Shown here one piece after another: positions 1-9,352 of a DNA stretch of 20,000 nt. Source of the DNA: an uncultured virus (IMG/VR IMGVR_UViG_3300038415_000352) (taxonomy: Duplodnaviria; Heunggongvirae; Uroviricota; Caudoviricetes); the IMG/VR virus record IMGVR_UViG_3300038415_000352. One strand, given 5' to 3'. The notes below the pieces were generated by a model. The model worked only from the letters and a program-made list of their open reading frames with translations. It made no database searches and was not told the DNA's origin. Numbering within the stretch: position 1 is the stretch's first letter; every line of letters starts with the position of its first letter. The position numbers and the translations under genes were made by a program.

Positions 1-336
1 CTCGGCGGCGAGGGCGGCTACGAAATCCTCGGTATCGCCGTTCGGAAGGCGGAGTTCTACGACGTCGGCGTCCGTTCTTCGGTCGCCTACCTCGCCGTCC
101 GGAGCAAGAACTACCCGACGCCGTCGGCGCTCGTCGTCCTCGTTACCCGGAAGAACGGCGCGTTCTGCTACAAGGATATGTCGGAGGATATGGGTCCGAA
201 CGAGGACCATTGCCCCGAGAGTATCCTCCGCCTCCTCGGCCCGATTACCGGCGACGAGATGGGCTACGCCCGAGCTTGGCGGGAGCGGGCGTGGGCGAAC
301 CTCGGGAAGGCCCCGCCGGAACTACGGAGGGAGTAA
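1..336 (+). CDS. 5'-truncated DUF6927-like mobile-element protein
   Basis: Frame 1 is open from the window edge: ...AFCYKDMSEDMGPNEDHCPESILRLLGP...YARAWRERAW...ELRRE*. YKDMxExMGP-CP-IL-L-AxxWRxR matches my recollection of DUF6927. Not in the ORF track. Confidence 0.6.
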   Translation, partial: LGGEGGYEILGIAVRKAEFYDVGVRSSVAYLAVRSKNYPTPSALVVLVTRKNGAFCYKDMSEDMGPNEDHCPESILRLLGPITGDEMGYARAWRERAWANLGKAPPELRRE

Positions 337-338
337 GA

Positions 339-590
339 ATGGACCCACGCTGGATAGCCTCGACCGCGATTCTGCTGACCGGGCTCGGGATGCTCCTCGT
401 CGGGCACTTCTATGGGGTATCGGAATACCTCGTCTTCGGGGTTATCGTCCTCGTCCTCGGTATCGTGCTCTCGGCGGCGTTCGCAGGGCTTACCGACTGG
501 CGGGCGTTAATCATCCTGACCTTCGGACTCCTCATCTTCTTTACGCTCGCCGACGTCTACAACCTCTTCGGTCTATCGGGGTGGGTCTGA
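339..590 (+). CDS. Small integral membrane protein (83 aa, about 3 TM)
   Basis: ATG at 339 follows the junction motif, so the TTG start at 210 is rejected. MDPRWIASTAILLTGLGMLLVG... is almost entirely hydrophobic. Confidence 0.75.
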   Translation: MDPRWIASTAILLTGLGMLLVGHFYGVSEYLVFGVIVLVLGIVLSAAFAGLTDWRALIILTFGLLIFFTLADVYNLFGLSGWV

Positions 591-620
591 GGCTCAACGG
601 AATAGGAAGGAGAAAGGAAC

Positions 621-2345
621 ATGAAGCAGATACTAGCGTTCGTGATAGGGGTAGCTCTCTTGGTCGACGTCTCTCTCTTCGTCGGCCTCGGGTTCGGTTT
701 CGGAGCCCTCTCCGTGACCGGCTCGAACAATCTACAGACCTGTAACTCGTCGGACCAGTACTGCTGGACGATGAGCCCGGGTTGGGCCTCCCCCGATAAG
801 CAGCAGGGAATCCAAATCAATATCGAGTCGAGCGTCCAGCAGGGAGCGAATCCGATTACGACGATGCTCTCGGGGGACCAGAGTACCTCGGTCAGCTTCG
901 GTATGTACGCGCAACTTTCTCCGTACGACGCCTGCCCTCGGTCGGGCGCTTGGCAGGGCGGTTACGAAGCGTGGTGGGTTATCGTCTGGCCCCAGTCCGT
1001 CTCGGGGTCTATCGACGGGACGCAGTTCACGGGCTCGACCTGGTCGGGGCAGAACCTCGCCCAGAACGATAGTATCTCGGCGGGCCTCGCGGACCTAGTC
1101 GGTTGCCAAGCCGGTACGGGATACAACGATAACGGACCGACCGGGAACCTCTATACGCATACGGTAACGCTTACCGGGCTCTACCCCGTCATGACGATGA
1201 ATCTCTACTTCGGTACGTACGGACAGTGGTGCGATAAGTACGCGGGTTCCGTTACGAACCAATGCTACGGTCTCTCGCAGGCGATTACCGAAACCTACGG
1301 GGCCGGAACGGGGAATAACGGAGGCTGGAACGCCGAAGCCTCGGCCTCGTTCGTCTGGCAGTCCGCGCAGGCTTCCTTCCAGTTCGTCGACCCGCAGAAC
1401 AACTATAACGGCGGGACGCTAACCGCGATTTTCTATACCGCCTATAACGGGGCGAACGGCTACAAGTTCTCTATCGATACCCCGTCGGAACGGCCGAACG
1501 GCGGCCAGCTCGATACGAACTTCGCGAATAACCCGATGACGATTCCGAACTTCTGTACTACGGGATGCGAGTACAAGTGGGCTATCCCGAAGACCCTCGA
1601 TACGAACCTCTCGGGGCACGACGTCCAATGGGACCTTTGGTCCGGAGTCCTCTCGGCCTCGACGGTAGCGGAGCAGATAACGCAGTTCACCGTTATCAAT
1701 CCACTCTACGCTCCGACGACCCCCGTCGTTACCTATACGAGTAGCGGAGCGGGCATCTACCCGGCGGTCGGCGATACGGTTACCCTGACCGTCTACTCGA
1801 ACGCCTCGCAGGACTCGGGGATGGTCCAGAGCATCGACGTCGAGGTCTACTACCTCTCCCCGGGGCAGGGCGTATCGTCCGCGCCTTCGTGCGGTTCGGC
1901 TCCGGCTTGGGTGACGCCCTGCCCGAACGGGCAAATCCTCGTCGTAACGCACGACGGAAAGAACGCGGTCGGGACGTACACCTTTAAGGTAAACCCGCCC
2001 ATCGGAGATACGGCTATCGCGGTCGCGGCGGTATCCGCCTCGAATATCTCCCCGTCGCTCTTCGGCTACCAACTTATCAGCATTAAGGCTTCCGACTGCG
2101 CGCCGGGCGCTACCTGCGACCCGCTTCAGTCGGGGGTAACGACTTGGGAGATTATCGGGCCGATACTCCTGATGGGGGCTTTCATCCTAGGGGCGGTCCT
2201 CCTCGTCCTACTCGTTCCGATACCGCCGTGGGTCCGCTTCGCGCTACCTATCGCGGTCGTAGCCATACTGATACTCCTCTATGCCCTCGGCTGGATAACG
2301 GGGCTCTTCGTACCCGGCGGAGCCTTTAACTCGGCGGTGGCTTAG
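621..2345 (+). CDS. Large surface protein: N-terminal signal/TM, Cys/Gly/Thr-rich beta ectodomain, C-terminal TM hairpin (574 aa)
   Basis: Hydrophobic N-terminus, S/T/G/N-rich middle with paired Cys, two C-terminal hydrophobic helices. Purine leader GGAAGGAGAAAGGAAC. Confidence 0.8.
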   Translation: MKQILAFVIGVALLVDVSLFVGLGFGFGALSVTGSNNLQTCNSSDQYCWTMSPGWASPDKQQGIQINIESSVQQGANPITTMLSGDQSTSVSFGMYAQLSPYDACPRSGAWQGGYEAWWVIVWPQSVSGSIDGTQFTGSTWSGQNLAQNDSISAGLADLVGCQAGTGYNDNGPTGNLYTHTVTLTGLYPVMTMNLYFGTYGQWCDKYAGSVTNQCYGLSQAITETYGAGTGNNGGWNAEASASFVWQSAQASFQFVDPQNNYNGGTLTAIFYTAYNGANGYKFSIDTPSERPNGGQLDTNFANNPMTIPNFCTTGCEYKWAIPKTLDTNLSGHDVQWDLWSGVLSASTVAEQITQFTVINPLYAPTTPVVTYTSSGAGIYPAVGDTVTLTVYSNASQDSGMVQSIDVEVYYLSPGQGVSSAPSCGSAPAWVTPCPNGQILVVTHDGKNAVGTYTFKVNPPIGDTAIAVAAVSASNISPSLFGYQLISIKASDCAPGATCDPLQSGVTTWEIIGPILLMGAFILGAVLLVLLVPIPPWVRFALPIAVVAILILLYALGWITGLFVPGGAFNSAVA

Positions 2346-2361
2346 GGGAGGAGAAAAGAAA

Positions 2362-3573
2362 ATGAGCGCACAGGTCGGCGGAGTACTAACGGCGGTCGGA
2401 GCTATCGGGCTCGTTATCGGGATTCTCGGAGCGTTCGGTATCGTTCCCGGTCTCGCGGTAACCTGCGTCTCGAACTGCGGTACCGGGATTACTCCCTCGT
2501 TCTCGGTATCCCAGAACGGGTATGCGATTTACCTGAACGATACGTCCCACTGGGCGAACTCGGCCGATAGGAACGGCTACCTGACGTTAAGCGTCAATTG
2601 GGGCGATAGTACGCCGGCCTCGGCCTTTACGCCCCCGAATAACCAGCTCCCTATCTCGCACATGTTCGAGCACGTCTACGTCGCGGCCGGGACCTATACG
2701 GTAGCAGAGACTATCGCGCACGAACAATGCGCCGGCGGGCGGGGCGGCGTCCACTGCAAGACGACCGATATCGTCGCGCAGGGTCAGTTCGCCATCTCGG
2801 GCATCGGGGGGCAGAACAAGTACGTCCCGGGCTTTACCTATACGACTGCGACGGGGAACGTCGTTAACGTTAAGGATACCTCGACGACCTACGGCTCCCC
2901 GACCCTGACCTCGATTAAGTTCGTCTGGGGCGACGGGTCTACGAACAGCCCGACGGCGCTCGGGTTCTCCCTCTCGCATACCTACGCCGCCGCCGGGAAC
3001 TATACCGCTACGGAGACGATATCGTGGACCTACGTCGGCGAGCCCTTCTCGGCGCCGTTCTCGACTACGATACCGGTAGGCTGCTCCAGTTGTACGAACG
3101 TAGTGACCGTTAACGTAGACTTTTCGACGAGCTTCGTAAACTACACGCTGGCGGTAAAGGATACCTCGACGACCGTCGGCTCTCCGACGGTTACGGGTCT
3201 AGCGCTCGCTTGGGGCGACGGCCAGACGGGTTCGGCGAAGGCGCTCGGGGCTAACTTTACCCATACCTACTCGACGTACGGGAACTACTCGCTTACCGAG
3301 ACCGTATCGTGGACCTACTCGGGGAACTCGTACTCGGCGACCTCGAACGCTACGGTATCGCTCCCCTGCTTCGGGACTTGCGGAACGAAGACGAACACGA
3401 CGACGAACTCGACCTTCTCGTTCAACCTCGTAACGGGAGTCCTTATCGTCGGGTTCGGAACGCTCGCCCTCCTCGGGTTCCTCGTAATGCGGTTCCCGGT
3501 CTACGGAACGGTCATCATCCTCGTCATGTTCGCGCTCGGCGGGGCCATCGGCTACGTAGTCGGGGGTCTCTAG
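2362..3573 (+). CDS. Membrane-anchored protein with three PKD-like domains (403 aa)
   Basis: Three repeats of DTS...WGD(G/S)...HxYxxxGxY(T/S)xxET, with an N-terminal TM and a C-terminal TM pair. Confidence 0.85.
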   Translation: MSAQVGGVLTAVGAIGLVIGILGAFGIVPGLAVTCVSNCGTGITPSFSVSQNGYAIYLNDTSHWANSADRNGYLTLSVNWGDSTPASAFTPPNNQLPISHMFEHVYVAAGTYTVAETIAHEQCAGGRGGVHCKTTDIVAQGQFAISGIGGQNKYVPGFTYTTATGNVVNVKDTSTTYGSPTLTSIKFVWGDGSTNSPTALGFSLSHTYAAAGNYTATETISWTYVGEPFSAPFSTTIPVGCSSCTNVVTVNVDFSTSFVNYTLAVKDTSTTVGSPTVTGLALAWGDGQTGSAKALGANFTHTYSTYGNYSLTETVSWTYSGNSYSATSNATVSLPCFGTCGTKTNTTTNSTFSFNLVTGVLIVGFGTLALLGFLVMRFPVYGTVIILVMFALGGAIGYVVGGL

Positions 3574-3602
3574 GGACGCTCTAAGGGAAAGGAGGAAAGA
3601 AG

Positions 3603-4601
3603 ATGAATCAGTGGTCGGGAATCCTAGCGGTAATCGGGGTCGTCGGGCTCCTCGTCGGAATCTTCGGGGCTATCGGGACGATTCCCGGCCTCGCAGTAAC
3701 CTGCCCGACGACCGCTATCGTAGGGGGTAGCACGGCGTTACCCCGCTGCGGCGGTACTCCCGAGATTACGGCGTACCTTACGGTCGCCCCGGGAACGACC
3801 GGCGCGAACGTTACCATCTCGGGGGCCTACTACCCCTCGGGGATGACGCAACCCGTCGTCTCGTTAAGTATCGATAGCGCGTCGGTCGCGCTCACCGCGA
3901 CTACGAAGGTAAACTCGGTAGACGCCTATACGAATGGGCCCGCGTTCTACACGCTCTCACCGGGGAACCATACCGCAAAGGCGACCGCTACGTCTTCGTA
4001 TCTCGGAACGAAGTACTCGGCTACGAGCGAGTCTATCGCGTTCATCGTCGGGTCGAACTCGCGGTGCCAGATAAACTGCAATACGACGAAGTGGTCGATT
4101 ACCCCCGCGTTCAAGTATACCTCGACCTCGGCCGGGGTCCTTACGGTAATCGATACCTCTACAGTAAGCGGCGTTACCGGGGTCACGTTCGCTTGGACCT
4201 TCGGGGACGGCAGTACCGGCTCGGGTTCGAATGCGACCCATACCTACGCCGCGAGCGGGGGCTATACGGTAACGGATAAGGTTACCGGAACGACGTACCT
4301 CGGGGTAGCTACGGCGAGCGCAAGCCACGTCGTGAACATTACGGTAGGGACGACGACTCCGAACAATCAGACCTGCGGAACCCCGACGACGCCGATATGC
4401 GTCTCGACGGGTCCTCCTCCGCCAGCTCCGTCGGTTGAGCCGTTTAACGCCGCGACGGGCCTGCTGATTATCGGCTTCGGCGGGCTCTTCGTAGCGGCGA
4501 TTATCCCGGGGAACCCGGAATGGCGGGCTATCCTCGCTATCGTCGCGCTCGTCGTCGGCTTCGGGGCAGGGTACTTCGTCGGAGGACTCGGCCCGCTCTA
4601 G
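3603..4601 (+). CDS. Membrane-anchored PKD/Ig-like protein (332 aa), paralog of 2362-3573
   Basis: WTFGDGSTGSGSNATHTYAASGGYTVT is a canonical PKD motif. Shares PGLAVTC and the C-terminal FNxxTGxLIxGFG...GYxVGGL with the upstream gene. Confidence 0.85.
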   Translation: MNQWSGILAVIGVVGLLVGIFGAIGTIPGLAVTCPTTAIVGGSTALPRCGGTPEITAYLTVAPGTTGANVTISGAYYPSGMTQPVVSLSIDSASVALTATTKVNSVDAYTNGPAFYTLSPGNHTAKATATSSYLGTKYSATSESIAFIVGSNSRCQINCNTTKWSITPAFKYTSTSAGVLTVIDTSTVSGVTGVTFAWTFGDGSTGSGSNATHTYAASGGYTVTDKVTGTTYLGVATASASHVVNITVGTTTPNNQTCGTPTTPICVSTGPPPPAPSVEPFNAATGLLIIGFGGLFVAAIIPGNPEWRAILAIVALVVGFGAGYFVGGLGPL

Positions 4602-4659
4602 GGCGGCCTGAAGGAAAGGAGAAAGGGGAGGAACCCGAGCGGAGGGGGAGGGAGCGAAG

Positions 4660-5076
4660 ATGTTCACCCCGGAGGACGCCTACGGGAAAGGCCCATACGA
4701 AATCTGGTACCTACCTCGGTACCGCCCGACGGGGCCCGGCCACGACCTCTCCCACCCTGAGATGCGCGCGGCGTTCGGGACGAACTCGAAGTACTTCCGT
4801 GAGAACCCTATTACCGTCGAGGAGGTCGAGCATACCTACGCCCGGATGGGCTCGATAGCCGCGACCGGCCTCGAGGACGTCTGGGCGAAGATGCAGGGCG
4901 AGAACTGGGGGCGGGGCGAGGAGTCGAACGCCTTCCTCCGGAAGGTCGGTACGGGCCATACCTCGATGATGATGGGCGACGTTATCCAGCACGGAGGGAA
5001 GTGGTTCATCGCCGACGAGGTCGGCTTTACCGAGATTGACCGAGCCCCCTCGGGCCGCGGCCTACGGAGGGAGTAG
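4660..5076 (+). CDS. YodL-like domain protein (138 aa)
   Basis: LEDVW...GHTSMMMGDVI...WFIADEVGFTEI resembles the YodL pattern LExIF...HSxSVxDVV...YxVDxxGFxE (from memory). Ends RRE. Confidence 0.5.
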   Translation: MFTPEDAYGKGPYEIWYLPRYRPTGPGHDLSHPEMRAAFGTNSKYFRENPITVEEVEHTYARMGSIAATGLEDVWAKMQGENWGRGEESNAFLRKVGTGHTSMMMGDVIQHGGKWFIADEVGFTEIDRAPSGRGLRRE

Positions 5077-5472
5077 ATGCCGCGGTCGAAGCGCCCGAAG
5101 TTCGAGCGCGCGGTCGATATCAATAACGGGTCGACTTGGATGGTTTGGGATAAGGGACCGTGGGGCGTAGACGTCGTAGACGGGACGCACTTCGCGGCGC
5201 AGGTCTTCTCCGAGGAAGGATATACCTCGGAGGAAGGAGACGAAGATACGGAGACCGAGGTCTTCCCGCGCACCCTCGGAGGATTGAAAGAGGCCGAGGA
5301 CTTCCTAAGCAACAACGGGGGCCCGGACGATATTCACCTCGTCGATGTCGAGAAGGGCGTCGGCCGTCCCGAGGACCTTCGATACTACCGCGAGGACCGG
5401 CTAAAGGACGAGCGGCTATGGTCCGAGCGGATAGAGAAGGACCGGAAGCACGCCGACGTAAGGAGGGAGTAG
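5077..5472 (+). CDS. Hypothetical acidic protein (131 aa)
   Basis: ORF bounded on both sides by the junction motif; ends VRRE. Confidence 0.75.
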   Translation: MPRSKRPKFERAVDINNGSTWMVWDKGPWGVDVVDGTHFAAQVFSEEGYTSEEGDEDTETEVFPRTLGGLKEAEDFLSNNGGPDDIHLVDVEKGVGRPEDLRYYREDRLKDERLWSERIEKDRKHADVRRE

Positions 5473-5934
5473 ATGCAGCCTATCTCGGAAGAGGACCGTC
5501 AGAGGCTAGCGATGGAAGACGCCGAGTCGGAGTCGACCGAGAACCTCGAGGCGGCGGCGACGGTTTACGACCGGCTTAAGCGAGAGAGTACCGGGACCCC
5601 GGCCCCTCGGCCCCGCCCCTCTCGCGCGGAAATCGTAAAGGTCCTCAACCGCCGCCTTCGGGAAGTCGGTCTAACGAATCTCTCGGCGCACGGCGCTCGC
5701 GGAACGGCGTGGGGCTGGATAGAGGTATCGCCGAAGCATCGCGAGGGCGAGTCGTTCCGATACTTTACCCCGGAGGAGAGCGAGAAGCTCGGGAGAATCT
5801 ACGGGCGAGCCCCGGGACTAACGAACGTCCTCTCGGACGAGATAGACGATTGGGCGCTTAAGCTCGGGCTCCTCGCGCCCGAGGATTACCACGAGAGCCC
5901 GTGGCGGACGCTCGTACGGGAGAACCGAGACTAA
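5473..5934 (+). CDS. Hypothetical protein (153 aa)
   Basis: Starts at a TAGATG junction; contains LSAHGARGTAWGWIEV; TAATG overlap with the next gene. Confidence 0.75.
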   Translation: MQPISEEDRQRLAMEDAESESTENLEAAATVYDRLKRESTGTPAPRPRPSRAEIVKVLNRRLREVGLTNLSAHGARGTAWGWIEVSPKHREGESFRYFTPEESEKLGRIYGRAPGLTNVLSDEIDDWALKLGLLAPEDYHESPWRTLVRENRD

Positions 5935-6152
5935 TGAAGCGGTACGTAGTCCAACTCGAGACCATCTACGGCGACCGGGTCGTTGCTCTCGAAGGGAACG
6001 GGCCGAGGATTAGCGGTCGGGTCGAGGGTCATTCGACTGTCGCCGCGGCCTCTAAGGAGGCCGTTAAGCGAAGGCCCGCTCGCGTCTGGGACCGGAAGCT
6101 CCGCCGTCCGGTTACGTGGGCGAACGGCCGGACCCGGATACGGAGGGAGTAG
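5934..6152 (+). CDS. Hypothetical basic protein (72 aa)
   Basis: Start reassigned to the ATG overlapping the upstream TAA (MKRYVVQL...); ends IRRE. Confidence 0.7.
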   Translation: MKRYVVQLETIYGDRVVALEGNGPRISGRVEGHSTVAAASKEAVKRRPARVWDRKLRRPVTWANGRTRIRRE

Positions 6153-6686
6153 ATGCCGTACGATGAGGACGAGCTAAACGAGATTCGCGAGAACGACGAC
6201 CGCTCGTTCAAGCGGGAGGTCCGGCATGTCGAGGCCGAGGCCGCGTCGGAAGACCCCGCGCGTATCCGTACCTTCGACCGGCAGAAGGGAATCGTCGGCG
6301 ACCTAAACCGGGCACTCAAGCGGGCGAAGCTCTACCCGACGAAGAAGGAGTTCGAGCTTGGCTACTGGGCGGTTCAGAGCGGAGAGGAGGGAGGCTGGTC
6401 GACCGAGCCCCGCCCCGGGAACTCTAGGATAGTTCTCTGGCATCGGCTACCGAACGGTTGGGGCGACCCCCGCCGTCCTACGAGCGGCGGACTCTTCGGG
6501 GTCGCGACGCAGGACCTGGGCGGCTACCCGGTCGACGAAGAGAGCGCCTACCGGCTCATCCTGATTATCGACGGGCTCCGAGGGACGAGGAAGGAACGAC
6601 TCGAACAGCTCGGGAACATTACGCTAGCTATCGGCTACGCTCGGAACGAGGCGCTCGAAGCGGAAGACCGCCTACGGAGGAAGTAA
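6153..6686 (+). CDS. Hypothetical protein (177 aa)
   Basis: Junction start; ends LRRK with variant GGAGGAAGTAA. Confidence 0.75.
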   Translation: MPYDEDELNEIRENDDRSFKREVRHVEAEAASEDPARIRTFDRQKGIVGDLNRALKRAKLYPTKKEFELGYWAVQSGEEGGWSTEPRPGNSRIVLWHRLPNGWGDPRRPTSGGLFGVATQDLGGYPVDEESAYRLILIIDGLRGTRKERLEQLGNITLAIGYARNEALEAEDRLRRK

Positions 6687-6688
6687 CG

Positions 6689-6931
6689 ATGCCTCGGATG
6701 ACGGCGCAGGAAGCCGCGACGAGCAACGTTAAGTGCGTTAACTGCGGCCACGCCGGGAAGTACCACGCGCAAGAGTCCCTCTACGGAGGACTACGCGGGA
6801 AGTGGCGCCAATGCCGTCACCGAGTTCCGAAGCGCCTCGCGCGCGTCGGGGTAGACGAGTGCGGTTGTACCGACTTCGAGCCGCCGATGACTAAGGGAGA
6901 CCTCTTCCGGGCCCGGGTCAGGAGGGAGTAG
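6689..6931 (+). CDS. Small Cys/His metal-binding protein (80 aa)
   Basis: MPRMTAQE...CVNCGH...H...CRH...CGCTDF; starts after TAACG; ends VRRE. Confidence 0.75.
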   Translation: MPRMTAQEAATSNVKCVNCGHAGKYHAQESLYGGLRGKWRQCRHRVPKRLARVGVDECGCTDFEPPMTKGDLFRARVRRE

Positions 6932-7291
6932 ATGGGTTGGGAACTGCGGTACGACCGCGGAAAGGGATTCCGGTTCTTCTCGACGATTACGATGAGCTAT
7001 ATCTCCGGCTGGCTCAAGACGCCCGATAACGTAGGTCGGTTCGCCTACGAGACCGGGCTCGAGCACGCGCGGCGGCACCTCGCTACGGCCCCGAACGCCG
7101 GGGTCGTTAGGACTTCGACCGGCGGTCTCGGTCTCGGCTATTGGGGTCTCGGTTCCCCGCGTTCCGACCTCGACCGTACGCCCGAGGACTACGGTCGCTA
7201 CCTCGCCCGCTATTGGTCGGCCGAGGCGAAGAAGGAACTCAAGCGGGTCGGGAAGTATCCCGACCTGACTACCTACGGATGGAGGGAGTAG
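6932..7291 (+). CDS. Hypothetical protein (119 aa)
   Basis: Junction-bounded ORF; ends GWRE. Confidence 0.75.
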   Translation: MGWELRYDRGKGFRFFSTITMSYISGWLKTPDNVGRFAYETGLEHARRHLATAPNAGVVRTSTGGLGLGYWGLGSPRSDLDRTPEDYGRYLARYWSAEAKKELKRVGKYPDLTTYGWRE

Positions 7292-7295
7292 ATGG

Positions 7296-7463
7296 ATGCC
7301 GACCCCTCGGTTCGTTCTGCTCGCAGTCGGGGTTATCCTCGACGTCTTCGGGTTCCTCCTCCTCTTTACGGCGTACCTCTCCGTACCGGTTCCCCAATGG
7401 GAGGTCGGAGCGGCGCTCCTCGCTATCGGGATAGTCCTCGATATCGCGGGGGTCTTAGCGTAG
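7296..7463 (+). CDS. Small two-TM membrane protein (55 aa)
   Basis: MPTPRFVLLAVGVILDVFGFLLLFTAYLSVPVPQWEVGAALLAIGIVLDIAGVLA*. Below the track cutoff, and more protein-like than the overlapping 7292-7477 ORF. Confidence 0.7.
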   Translation: MPTPRFVLLAVGVILDVFGFLLLFTAYLSVPVPQWEVGAALLAIGIVLDIAGVLA

Positions 7464-7477
7464 GGGAGGAGACGTAG

Positions 7478-7819
7478 ATGCCGAGCGATAAGGTCGTAAT
7501 CGAAATCGACGGGAAGGCGCTTATCGCCGCCCCCGACGGTCCGGTGTTTATCCGCGAGCGGGCGATACAAGAGATTCGCCTAACGAAGCGGTACGACGAG
7601 GAGGAGATGAAGTTCGTCGAGAAGGACTCGACCTTTACCGCCTCCTGCGAGAACGCCTACCTAAAGGTCCGCGATGCGTGCTCGGGCCGAGAGTGGCACG
7701 AGGCGAAGGTCACCGATAAGGGGAAGACCCCGAGCCACGCGCCGTACCGCTGGAGCGTCGCGATTCACTACGAGCGGCCGGGGACCCGTGGGATGTTCAA
7801 CCGGCTAATGAAGGAGTAA
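7478..7819 (+). CDS. Hypothetical protein (113 aa)
   Basis: Leader GGAGGAGACGTAGATG; ends MKE with AAGGAGTAA. Confidence 0.75.
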   Translation: MPSDKVVIEIDGKALIAAPDGPVFIRERAIQEIRLTKRYDEEEMKFVEKDSTFTASCENAYLKVRDACSGREWHEAKVTDKGKTPSHAPYRWSVAIHYERPGTRGMFNRLMKE

Positions 7820-7821
7820 CG

Positions 7822-8094
7822 ATGACGTACGTAGTTCACGAAGAGTACCTCGCCCCGAACCCTCTCGGCCCGGGGGCCGACGCCGGGGGAGGAATCCCGA
7901 GGGGATACTTCCTCCTCTCGCGCGAGAAGTACTACGAGGACCACTCGGCCGCGATTCGTTCCGCGAAGCGGCGGGTACGGAATCCGAAGACCGAGCGGGT
8001 AACGATTACGCTCGTACCGAACCGGTCGGACCAACCGAGCCAGACGCTCTGGGCGTGGGAACGGAAGCGGACCTCGCCTATCGGGAGGGAGTAG
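7822..8094 (+). CDS. Hypothetical protein (90 aa)
   Basis: Junction-bounded ORF; ends IGRE. Confidence 0.7.
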   Translation: MTYVVHEEYLAPNPLGPGADAGGGIPRGYFLLSREKYYEDHSAAIRSAKRRVRNPKTERVTITLVPNRSDQPSQTLWAWERKRTSPIGRE

Positions 8095-8096
8095 CG

Positions 8097-8351
8097 ATGC
8101 CGCGACAGCCGTACCGGATGCGAAAGGCGGTCGAGAAGTTTACCCGGCCGAACCGGTACGACCCTTCTCTCCAGATGCCGATGGAGCGCCTCGAGTGCGG
8201 TCACGTAATCGCCGACCGGGACGTCCTCTATGGGAACGAGAAGTCCGTACAGGTCGGTATGGTCTTCCGGGCGGTTAGCGGCGAGAAGCCGCTCCGCCGA
8301 TGCTACCAGTGCGGTCGGGAGGCCGAGACTTCGGTCGTCGGGAGGGAGTAA
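8097..8351 (+). CDS. Putative zinc-binding protein (84 aa)
   Basis: Start reassigned to the ATG after TAGCG; LECGH...RRCYQC; ends VGRE. Confidence 0.75.
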   Translation: MPRQPYRMRKAVEKFTRPNRYDPSLQMPMERLECGHVIADRDVLYGNEKSVQVGMVFRAVSGEKPLRRCYQCGREAETSVVGRE

Positions 8352-8355
8352 GAAA

Positions 8356-8634
8356 ATGACGTCGGTCGAATGGGTCTACTTTAAGAACAAGCCGGGGAAC
8401 GCGGTCGAGATTACGGCGGAGATGGGGACCGTCTCGATAGTTCGCTACGAGCATGGTATCGCCGAGGCTCCCTCGTGGAGGCTCGACGTAAACCCCGGAG
8501 GAGCCCGCGAGATTGGCCGCCTCCTTATCGAGGCGGCCGAGATGACGGGCTACGGGCAGACCGAGGAGCAGAAGGAACGGCACGAGGCCCGTCGAAAGCA
8601 CCAGCAGCGAGCTTTCGAGGGACGGAGGGAGTAG
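8356..8634 (+). CDS. Hypothetical protein (92 aa)
   Basis: Start reassigned to MTSVEWV; contains AREIGRLLIEAAE; ends GRRE. Confidence 0.75.
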   Translation: MTSVEWVYFKNKPGNAVEITAEMGTVSIVRYEHGIAEAPSWRLDVNPGGAREIGRLLIEAAEMTGYGQTEEQKERHEARRKHQQRAFEGRRE

Positions 8635-8862
8635 ATGGTCTTCGACCGGGTCGTCTCGGTAAAGCCTATCGAGCAGTATCGGAAGGAACTCCTCGACCTC
8701 TTTAAGGTCGAGGAAATCTTCGAGGTACGCCTCGGGGAGTATCACTCGACGAGCGAGACGATTCTTCAGCTTACCGGCGACGCGGCCCGTCAGCTCGCCG
8801 TACGCCTCGTAGCGAGGACGAACCCGGTCGAGAAGCGACGAGACCTTTCGCGGAGGGAGTAG
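8635..8862 (+). CDS. Hypothetical protein (75 aa)
   Basis: Junction-bounded ORF; ends SRRE. Confidence 0.7.
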   Translation: MVFDRVVSVKPIEQYRKELLDLFKVEEIFEVRLGEYHSTSETILQLTGDAARQLAVRLVARTNPVEKRRDLSRRE

Positions 8863-8864
8863 CA

Positions 8865-9092
8865 ATGGTCTCCGGTAGCCTCTACGTTCGGCGTAGCGAG
8901 GTCGTCGAGGCTCGCTTCCCGGACGACGAGCTATTCGTCTGGGTCCGGACCGCGATTGGGCAGGAGGTCGCTCTCCATATCCACGAGGACGCGCTCTCCT
9001 ATATCTTCGAGAAGGCCGGACGGAACGGTCGCGATAACGTTCGTAAGGCGCTCGAGCGCGCCGAGGGCGCGGTCGCCCCGAGGAGGGAGTAG
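8865..9092 (+). CDS. Hypothetical protein (75 aa)
   Basis: Junction-bounded ORF; ends PRRE. Confidence 0.7.
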   Translation: MVSGSLYVRRSEVVEARFPDDELFVWVRTAIGQEVALHIHEDALSYIFEKAGRNGRDNVRKALERAEGAVAPRRE

Positions 9093-9341
9093 ATGACCGG
9101 TAGGCTCGTTTACGCCGTAGTCGTCCGGGGTACCGAACGTTCCGAGAGCCCGTCTATCTTCGGGGTCTACTCGCATAGCTATCCCGCGGAGCAGGCCGCG
9201 GCGGAGCGGAACCGGCATGCGAGCAGCGGAATCGTTCACGACGTCGTTCGGTATCGTCTCGTTAGCCCGAAGGTCGACTACCGGGGAACGAACGCCCGGG
9301 ACGCCCGGGACGCGGCCGAGTTCGCGCTACGGGCGGAGTAG
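9093..9341 (+). CDS. Hypothetical protein (82 aa)
   Basis: VYAVV...IFGVYS...AEQAA pattern, common in small viral proteins; ends LRAE. Confidence 0.7.
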   Translation: MTGRLVYAVVVRGTERSESPSIFGVYSHSYPAEQAAAERNRHASSGIVHDVVRYRLVSPKVDYRGTNARDARDAAEFALRAE

Positions 9342-9352
9342 GGGGGAGAACG

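Noticed and set aside
621..2345. Calling this a pleolipovirus spike/fusogen or S-layer protein
   Set aside because: Only the topology is suggestive; I recognised no diagnostic motif.
7292..7477. 61-aa ORF starting right at TAGATG
   Set aside because: Its composition is shadow-like, whereas the overlapping frame 7296-7463 gives a clean two-TM protein. Not fully excluded.
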